Shown: positions 36,101 through 41,920 of the stretch, piece after piece
How positions within the stretch are numbered: position 1 is the first letter of the stretch
How the letters are laid out: each line of letters begins with the position of its first letter
Assembly (NCBI GenBank): GCA_040380025.1
Contig: JBEIJY010000021.1
Span: forward strand, 1 to 41,920
DNA: 41,920 nt
Direction of reading: 5' to 3'
Source: Bdellovibrionales bacterium
Lineage (GTDB): Bacteria; Bdellovibrionota; UBA1018; CAIMNF01
Notes under the pieces: generated by a model
Told to the model about the DNA's origin: nothing
Seen by the model: only the letters and a program-made list of their open reading frames with translations
Database searches by the model: none
Position numbers and translations under genes: made by a program

Positions 36101-37622
36101 TCAGAATCATGGCGCGGCTCAACTGGGTCACGGCCGGAGGCGTCTTCAGAACCTCCACCACCTTGCGGGCGAGAATCGCGGGGGGCACCGTCCCGGTCGG
36201 AATCAAGCGAAGCCCCTGCTCCACCTTGAGCAGGATCGTGTCGAGCTCGGTGAGCTCCATGCGATCGGAGTCTTTACCGGTCACGGCGGAGCGGACCAGT
36301 GCGAACATCATGGCGCCTTTTTCGACCCCGAGCGGGATGGCGGGATCGGCGAAAAACTCGCGGTGCTCCGAAGCAAGAGCGATGATCCTCTTGATCGAGA
36401 AATCCGGTTTTCGTTTGAGTTCGCGGGTGAGAACCCGGTCGGTGATCCGCAGGTGTTCCCGGACTTCCGCAAGAGCATCCGCCGCCTTCTTCGGGTTCCG
36501 ACGCGGGTCCGGAAACGGCTCACCCTCGAGGGAACGCTTTGCAAGCCTGTTCAGGGACTTTCGAAGATCCGGATCGCGGAAAAGAAGATCGAGCGAGACC
36601 TCGCTCCCGAATCCCGGTAGAAGGACCTCAAGCCCCATCCGCGCCATGATGAAGGAATCAGCGGTTTTTCGGATGCTTTCGGGATCGCTCAGATTTTTTT
36701 CGCGAAGAAGCGCACGAAGGGATGCGGCCATTCCGTCCATGGCCCGGCCCTGCTCTTCGGGCGTCGAGAGGATCCGGATTTCCACCGTATCGATGAACCC
36801 GGTCAAATCTTTCGACACCACGCGGGCCGAGAACATCGCGTTCAGTCCCTGCGCAATCCGCTCCCAGCGATCCTGCTCGATCTCGGTATCGGAGCCGCCG
36901 ATCAGGAGGACTTTTCCGTACCGGATCAGATCCTTTTGCTCGTACACCATGCCCAAGCCGGTCGGTTGGTCGGCCTGCAGGAATTTCTCGAGATTTTTCG
37001 CGAACTCTGCAACGACATCCCAGCGCAAGGGATTCACCGAGGTGGCGAAGATTGAGGAGAGAGAAAGAAGGAACCCGCGAAACGCAGGAATCGCCTTGCT
37101 ATTCTTGGCAAAAAGTTTTCGCCCCGCCGTCATCAGCTCACCCACATGGGGAGCGAGCGGCACGATCGCCTCGCCGAAGGCACGCAGGTTGGCCCGGAGT
37201 TTCAGGATCTCGCCGTGGGTCAGCGAATTCTCATCACCGCCCAAAACGGCGACCTTCAGCTGGAAGATCGATTTCAAGAACGCATCGTCGATTCCCGGTC
37301 GCAGGGTGCGGTTCGCGAACCCCTGCAGCTCGGTTGCGAGATACCGGTCATCGTTCGCACCCTTCGTGAATTTCGAAAAGGCCTCAAGCGCCCGGTCCAC
37401 ACAGCTCCAGACACTCCGGACCCTCGCCTCATCCTCGGCAGACTCCGTGATCTTTCCCTCGAACAGAAGATGCAAAGTACCCTGCGACTCCTGAAGGCAG
37501 GAAAGATTGAGCGCGCCTTTTTCGAACGCAGGGGGCGTCTTTCGTTGGTCCTTCATCCAGGAACAACCGGAAGAGAGCAAAAATGCGGAGGCAAGCACCC
37601 AAGCGGGGAACTTAAATCGCAA
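33156..37622 (-). CDS. very large (1488 aa) putative lipoprotein with helical tandem repeats and EF-hand-like loops
   Basis: Uninterrupted 4.5-kb ORF with signal/lipobox FLLSSG-C, amphipathic helical composition and a repeated K..L.G....L...E motif. Confidence 0.85.
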   Translation of the reverse strand: MRFKFPAWVLASAFLLSSGCSWMKDQRKTPPAFEKGALNLSCLQESQGTLHLLFEGKITESAEDEARVRSVWSCVDRALEAFSKFTKGANDDRYLATELQGFANRTLRPGIDDAFLKSIFQLKVAVLGGDENSLTHGEILKLRANLRAFGEAIVPLAPHVGELMTAGRKLFAKNSKAIPAFRGFLLSLSSIFATSVNPLRWDVVAEFAKNLEKFLQADQPTGLGMVYEQKDLIRYGKVLLIGGSDTEIEQDRWERIAQGLNAMFSARVVSKDLTGFIDTVEIRILSTPEEQGRAMDGMAASLRALLREKNLSDPESIRKTADSFIMARMGLEVLLPGFGSEVSLDLLFRDPDLRKSLNRLAKRSLEGEPFPDPRRNPKKAADALAEVREHLRITDRVLTRELKRKPDFSIKRIIALASEHREFFADPAIPLGVEKGAMMFALVRSAVTGKDSDRMELTELDTILLKVEQGLRLIPTGTVPPAILARKVVEVLKTPPAVTQLSRAMILKVIPYLPPEVPKEAFRSLIDAGFELKAGLWNTGREALLLTDIENALAVFGAKDALEKDPAGTIEKFDRLWSTGSFQSGIGLSTVANLARGNLPKEEPWSRLALLSKGVDGIRAVRKFLLGTDGDFLSLKEIVLLIREGQALQALSSRPKELLARLLKGPGSLSIDSAALISLISLAGEGTGRNTKGLVDLIPEILSLKHQLLGTGPEGIVRKDFEILHALLSIEAKGPEDFPAVLKALDQAGLPPSASFDPAAIVALLEKMRKSVDGFTIEESALRKLRALAEVKTILFGETPPGISLAEIKAALPGGFFKKKVTDITMGRFVLNLFLARNAAKEFTLADLRSKMERMKEPVRLLSGKPFDVDRFVRILTDVMRLKAILFGSRADAILRSEIVLLENLMAVQDGGASDEVKMRRVSDLLRQSIRSPIRISELVPALNRVMAHVDLKEKPPIPLTVDNVQKIKLIMMGGDPDLVKPEELARLLGRVASGGSPETLIEKPEFTLDSRTFLWLESALSLVAESGKEFGLKEGADAVKKYFKDSGVKLKYSMERSLYLIWSHLLEGKKGIINTEGLVLSDRDRITTKHLRILAGMFGAMRVRLEDLERSFDGKKGKKGKSSILAGLKVPSNREVLNLFPPILKDAGAAPEIYFSPEYADRGEFQFRELAYRIVAHEALSFVIPRYSKYSTHQLSTFDFAILLDDLRTLMLNFKMLYRASHPLDAASDQMRTINLFMRNGNGDQALDLNELTEFMTMTYGMGAPFLRFVDHLGDSRCTKIKVEDLDGFEGRCVADHLMEPGFYKESFSGNLPAMVDALSALGQKEQFELAVGTMKLTGMYMFEEKPLGWFRSRTPDDYRFRNLDMDHLQNIFFVHPLVEMLFETMDTSRDGRVQLQEALGFFPKICQTLKIEAKGKVKGTCGSDDQELQALFGYMIVNKKAPEGFISGASYWLNWGRTWKKYLDGTLQFPPLSRAEVFGLLSGLVN

Positions 37623-39030
37623 ACTGCACCCCGATTCTCACGTGATCGAGCGGGCGGAGGTCCACCAAAAGCTCGCCCCCGAGATTGGGGCTCATATCCG
37701 CTCCGGCATGGATGAAGTCCCCGCCGATCGTGAATTTCATGTTGCCCAGCGAGGTCTTCACCGGAATGAACAAATCGCCCCCGATCCAGTCGGCGGCCAG
37801 GTCGAATTCATGGATCCAGCGGAGCTGCACTCGCGAGCCTTCAGGAAGAACGAGGGGCGCAAAACCGGTCTTCACCTGAGAGGCCTTCCGGTAAAAGACA
37901 TGCGAACTGAGCACCGAGGCTCCCTCGATCGCGTACGGGCCGACATCGGGCTCAAGACCGCCCGTCCAAACCAGAGCCGAGACGGAGCCGTCAAACCCGC
38001 GCGCCTTCCACTTCACCCAGGGAGAGATCAGATACGAGTTGGTGACGGGCGCATAGGTATAATCGGGAGAAATCTCATCGGGCTCGTGGATCTGGGCCAA
38101 TCCGCTGATTCCGAACGAAAACCCTTCCTTCAAAAACCGATAGCCAAGATCCCCCGCAATGATTTGATTGGACTGAAGCCTCGGCCTGATGAAGATCCTG
38201 ACCCGATTCTCGGACATGGAGTAATATCCGCGAAGACCGAAATTCATGTAATTGAGCGGTTTGTAGCCGTACAGCGCGCGGAAAAGAATCTCATCCTTGG
38301 GTTTGGTCTCGACTCCAAGCATCGCACTCGGTCGGAACAGGAATTCCGAGATCGACGGAAACTCGATCTCGTAATAGAGAGGCATGGTCTGGTTCAAGAG
38401 ATTCACGGTCTCCGGAACCGAGGAGATGGCCTGGGGATGCAGGGGCAGAAACGCGCCGTTTTCGATCACGACATTCGGAATGTTCTCGGGATAAACAAAG
38501 TACGAGAAAAACCCGTGGAGCACGAGAGGCCCGGTATCGTAATCGAGGAACAACCCCATCAAGCCCTGCTGGGCCGGGCGGAACCGGTCCCACTGGTCGA
38601 TGGGCTGAACCAGCGAGAGGTTCCACTCGGTATCGAGTTCGTTCCAGACCATGTTCTTTCGCCCGATGCTGAGGCCGAAACCGGGGGCTTCGCCTTTTTT
38701 GGAGGGCTTCTTGGGCTTCAGGGACCAATAGGAGTTCTCGCTCCGGAACGCCCAGACCCGCAAGTCCTGCGCACTGAATGAAAAATCAGCATCGAATTTG
38801 AATTCGGAGTCGCGGGTGGAGTGTTGATAATTTCCGCCCACAGAAAGAATGTGAAAGACTTCGGGGACAATTCCAGGACGGTAGCCTTGCGCCTCATATC
38901 CGAGCAGGAATTCTCCGCTTCCCGCAATTGCTGTCGCTCCCGAAAGCCAAATAGCTGCCAGTCCCGCTACCGAGCGGGAACGAAACAGGCGACCGAAGCC
39001 TCTGAGGAGTTGATCAAAAAAGTACGGCAT
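37612..39030 (-). CDS. putative outer-membrane beta-barrel protein of unknown function
   Basis: Signal peptide ending AIA, aromatic/Gly-rich alternating strands, IGRKNMVWNELD, C-terminal strand HVRIGVQFAI. Confidence 0.7.
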   Translation of the reverse strand: MPYFFDQLLRGFGRLFRSRSVAGLAAIWLSGATAIAGSGEFLLGYEAQGYRPGIVPEVFHILSVGGNYQHSTRDSEFKFDADFSFSAQDLRVWAFRSENSYWSLKPKKPSKKGEAPGFGLSIGRKNMVWNELDTEWNLSLVQPIDQWDRFRPAQQGLMGLFLDYDTGPLVLHGFFSYFVYPENIPNVVIENGAFLPLHPQAISSVPETVNLLNQTMPLYYEIEFPSISEFLFRPSAMLGVETKPKDEILFRALYGYKPLNYMNFGLRGYYSMSENRVRIFIRPRLQSNQIIAGDLGYRFLKEGFSFGISGLAQIHEPDEISPDYTYAPVTNSYLISPWVKWKARGFDGSVSALVWTGGLEPDVGPYAIEGASVLSSHVFYRKASQVKTGFAPLVLPEGSRVQLRWIHEFDLAADWIGGDLFIPVKTSLGNMKFTIGGDFIHAGADMSPNLGGELLVDLRPLDHVRIGVQFAI

Positions 39031-39097
39031 GCAGGTTTTTCCAGCAGCGAAAGATACATGAAAACTCTATTCCTGACCAGAATAATAATGCAGTGCT

Positions 39098-40369
39098 TCA
39101 ATTATTTTCGTTTTGATTTGCAGGAAAATCACGATGCCGTTCCGTACCCCGTGCCGTTCCGAAAAGCGATCTCAACTGCCCGCAGGCCGCCAGAATATCC
39201 CTGCCCCGGGAGATCCGGACCGTGGTGGTGTAGCCCTGATTCAAAAGCGTGCGCTGGAACCGGTAGACCGTCTCGTCGCTGGGACGCTTGAAATCCGCTC
39301 CCGGGTGCTCATTGAAAGGAATCAGGTTTACTTTGGCGGGAATTCCGCGAAGGAGCTTCGCCACGCGGTGGGCGTCTTCGATCGCATCGTTGAAATCCCG
39401 AAGCATCACATACTCGAACGTGATCCGGCGATGCCCTCCGAGAGGCACCTTGCGGCAGGCATCCAAAAGCTCCTCGATGGAATACCGGCGATTCACGGGC
39501 ATGATTTGCGAGCGCTGCTCATCAGTCGAGGCATTCAATGAAATCGCAAGAGAGACGTCCGTGTGGCGATAGAGCTCCTCAATTCCCGGAACCAGTCCTG
39601 ATGTGGAGACCGTCACCTTGCGCTTTGAGAAATTCATTCCGTCCTCATCGAGCAGAATCTGACAGGCTTTTGCGATGTTCTTCACATTGTGAAGGGGCTC
39701 GCCCATGCCCATGAAGACGATATTTGTGATCGGAGCGCGCATCCTGAGCTCGTGAACCTGGGTCACCACCTCGTGAACCTCGAGCGAGCGATCGAGGCCC
39801 TGAACCCCGGTAAGACAGAATTTGCACGCCATCGCACACCCCACCTGCGAAGAAATGCAGGCGGTGAGCCGGGCCCAGGAATCTGAATCGAGTTCGCGCT
39901 CGATTCCGGCCCGCTCCACCTCCACTCCGGCATACCGGCGGCCCTCGCCCAGGGCCTCCACCAGCTCCTCGCCGATTTTTTCCTTGAGGGCCGCGGGAAT
40001 GATCACGGACTCGATGGTTTTCGTGTCGTTCAGCTTCCAGAGAAACTTGTAGGTTCCGTCATCGGATTGCTTGGAATAGCTTTCTTCGAGCCTGAAAATC
40101 CGGACATTCTCTTTGAGCCAGGCGCGGACCTCTTTTGCGAGATCGGTCATCTGGTCATAGTCGGTCACGTACCGCTGGTAGACCCAATGAAATAATTGCT
40201 TTGCGCGCATCTCGGCTTGTTTGCGCTTTTTCTTCTCGATTTTGGCCATCAAAGCCCCGCGAGCCTCCTCGTCGGTCTCCGTGCGGAGATCGCGCTCCTC
40301 TTTTGCAGTGCTGAGAGGAAGAAGAACATCGGCCAATTCTGACTTGGTTAAAGATTGAAAAATTATCAT
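39098..40369 (-). CDS. rlmN: dual-specificity rRNA/tRNA m2A methyltransferase RlmN
   Basis: IESVIIP, CISSQVGCAMACKFC, VFMGMGEP, TVSTSG, FEYVML, NLIPFN, AACGQL. Confidence 0.97.
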   Translation of the reverse strand: MIIFQSLTKSELADVLLPLSTAKEERDLRTETDEEARGALMAKIEKKKRKQAEMRAKQLFHWVYQRYVTDYDQMTDLAKEVRAWLKENVRIFRLEESYSKQSDDGTYKFLWKLNDTKTIESVIIPAALKEKIGEELVEALGEGRRYAGVEVERAGIERELDSDSWARLTACISSQVGCAMACKFCLTGVQGLDRSLEVHEVVTQVHELRMRAPITNIVFMGMGEPLHNVKNIAKACQILLDEDGMNFSKRKVTVSTSGLVPGIEELYRHTDVSLAISLNASTDEQRSQIMPVNRRYSIEELLDACRKVPLGGHRRITFEYVMLRDFNDAIEDAHRVAKLLRGIPAKVNLIPFNEHPGADFKRPSDETVYRFQRTLLNQGYTTTVRISRGRDILAACGQLRSLFGTARGTERHRDFPANQNENN

Positions 40370-40434
40370 AAGAACGGGCGAACCCTATCACTTCCGATTA
40401 AATCAGTCCAGATTTTCCTCATCTCCCTCCCCCA

Positions 40435-40462
40435 TTGAAACCCTGCCGGATTCTGGCACACT
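40435..40462 (+). promoter_or_regulatory. candidate sigma70 promoter giving a leaderless acyl-CoA dehydrogenase mRNA
   Basis: TTGAAA - 16 nt - (TG-G)CACACT, with ATG 6 nt downstream and no Shine-Dalgarno. Confidence 0.4.
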
Positions 40463-40468
40463 ATCGGC

Positions 40469-41647
40469 ATGTCAATCTGGTACTTCACGTCCGAAGAGAA
40501 ACTTCTCGCAGAGTCCGTGAAAGCATTCGCCAAGGAAGAACTTCTTCCGAAAATCGAGCATCTGGACGAAATCGAGGGATTCAACCTCGAGGCATTCCGG
40601 AAGCTCGGCGAGCTCGGATTGCTCGGCATCACCATTCCCGAGGACGACGGAGGCGCCGGAATGGGGGCCGTGGCCGCGACCTTGGTCATGGAGGAAATGG
40701 CGGCAGTCGACGCCTCGACCACCCTGTCGTACCTCGCCCATAGCATTCTGTGCGTGAACCAGATCGGAGCAAACGGATCGAAAGCGCAGAAAGAAAAATT
40801 CCTCCCGAAATTGATCTCGGGCGAGCACATCGGCGGGATGGGCATGAGCGAGCCCGGTGCGGGATCGGATGCACTCGGCATGCTCTCGAAAGCCGAAAAA
40901 CAGGCTGACGGAAGCTACGTTTTGAATGGCTCCAAGACATGGATCACGAATGGCCCGAACGGGCATGTGTTTTATTGCTACGCCAAGACGGGGCCGCAAA
41001 AAAAAGACGTCTCGACCTTTGTTGTCGAAAAAGACATGCCGGGCTTCACCACCGGCAAAAAATTCAAAAAAATGGGGATGCGGGCCTCGCCCACGGGCGA
41101 GCTCTGGTTCAGCGATGTGAGAATCCCCGAAGAAAACCGCATCGGCCCCGAGGGCTCGAGCGTGAAGTCCATGATGCGGAACCTTGACATCGAGCGGATC
41201 ACCATCGCCGGAATCTCGCTCGGAATCGCCCGGAACTGCATCGAAGTGGCAACCCGGTACGCGAAAGAACGAAAACAGTTCAACACCCACATCGGGGCAT
41301 TCCAGCAAATTCAGGAGCGCCTCACCGAAGCCTCGGCGTGGTACGAGGCCTGCCGTGCGCTCACCTATCAGGCCGCAAAAACCTGGGACCTCGGCCTCAT
41401 GACCGGAAAAGACGCCTCCATGATGGCCGCGAAGGCGAAGCTCCAGTCGGCGCAAATGGCCACCAAAGTCGGGCTCGAGGCGATCCAGATTCTCGGAGGA
41501 TACGGCTACACCCGCGAATTCCCGGTCGAGCGACAGATGCGGGACGCAAAGCTGATCGAGATCGGCGCGGGAACGAACGAAATCTTGCGCGTGATCATCG
41601 CCCGTCACATGCTGGGCGAGGTCGCGGACGAACTGCAACGGGGATAG
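40469..41647 (+). CDS. acyl-CoA dehydrogenase, most like isovaleryl-CoA dehydrogenase
   Basis: LSYLAHSILCVNQI, MSEPGAGSD, NGSKTWITNGP, LDIER, RKQF, LGGYGY, KLIEIGAGTNEI. This is the IVD-type pattern, with Ala at the position of the usual C-terminal catalytic Glu. Confidence 0.9.
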   Translation: MSIWYFTSEEKLLAESVKAFAKEELLPKIEHLDEIEGFNLEAFRKLGELGLLGITIPEDDGGAGMGAVAATLVMEEMAAVDASTTLSYLAHSILCVNQIGANGSKAQKEKFLPKLISGEHIGGMGMSEPGAGSDALGMLSKAEKQADGSYVLNGSKTWITNGPNGHVFYCYAKTGPQKKDVSTFVVEKDMPGFTTGKKFKKMGMRASPTGELWFSDVRIPEENRIGPEGSSVKSMMRNLDIERITIAGISLGIARNCIEVATRYAKERKQFNTHIGAFQQIQERLTEASAWYEACRALTYQAAKTWDLGLMTGKDASMMAAKAKLQSAQMATKVGLEAIQILGGYGYTREFPVERQMRDAKLIEIGAGTNEILRVIIARHMLGEVADELQRG

Positions 41648-41649
41648 GA

Positions 41650-41920
41650 TCAGAACATCGAGTTCATCGACTCTTCGGCGTCGGTCACGATTGCGACGGC
41701 GAGCTCCGAGAGTGCCCTCTCGAAATCGCTCTCATTGATGAGCGCAGAAGTGGTGCCCAGAGAGGCAAGGTAGGTCGAAGCCGAAAAAGTTTTGGACCGC
41801 GACAGAGTGTCGGTCCAGAGTTGTTTCCCGGTTTTCTTTTGAACAAGCTCGAAGGACAACCCGAGCGAAACCAGATACGCCGATGCGATCTGGACATTCG
41901 AGGGACCGGTCCCGATCGGC
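41650..41920 (-). CDS. lptE: LPS assembly lipoprotein LptE-like, 3' part only (start is outside the window)
   Basis: The frame is open to the window edge: ASAYLVSLGLSFELVQKKTGKQLW...SRSKTF...ERALSELAVAIV...MF, matching the strand-strand-helix C-terminus of LptE. Confidence 0.65.
   Translation of the reverse strand, partial: PIGTGPSNVQIASAYLVSLGLSFELVQKKTGKQLWTDTLSRSKTFSASTYLASLGTTSALINESDFERALSELAVAIVTDAEESMNSMF

Noticed and set aside
1..41920. CRISPR arrays, prophage, IS elements, defence systems, rRNA
   Set aside because: No spaced direct repeats and no integrase, transposase, nuclease or phage structural motifs were seen. Nearly all of the sequence is accounted for by the listed genes.

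Overview
A compact, gene-dense, GC-rich bacterial chromosome segment made mostly of housekeeping genes. I found no rRNA, tRNA, CRISPR array, integrase or transposase. The gene content (cdaA-cdaR-glmM in a diderm with LptE, mreCD-mrdA-rodA without mreB, a TPR-wHTH regulator, orphan secreted proteins and lipoproteins) suggests a Bdellovibrionota/Oligoflexia-like deltaproteobacterial lineage; this is inference. From left to right: (i) a minus-strand cluster Rrf2 regulator - cysteine desulfurase - MnmA-like protein - mtaB (partial); (ii) a long minus-strand run: peroxiredoxin-like - ctaA - histidine kinase - response regulator - lipoprotein - tilS - ftsH - cdaA - cdaR - glmM - pdxJ - nnr - tsaE; (iii) ahcY plus a stand-alone E2 acyltransferase domain, then uvrA, an SDR, a TPR-wHTH regulator with a secreted partner, an alpha/beta hydrolase and a short PpiD-like chaperone; (iv) mreC-mreD-mrdA-rodA-tnaA; (v) rlmN, a putative outer-membrane barrel and a 1488-aa repeat lipoprotein, then isovaleryl-CoA dehydrogenase and the 3' end of lptE. 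The best candidates for undescribed biology are: an intact, full-length MnmA homolog that has lost every catalytic motif yet stays tightly linked to a desulfurase and MtaB under a Cys-free IscR-like regulator; a giant lipoprotein built from ~87-aa helical repeats with EF-hand-like loops, coupled to a putative beta-barrel; and tryptophanase appended to the elongasome operon. All assignments come from motif recognition by eye; no database searches were run.
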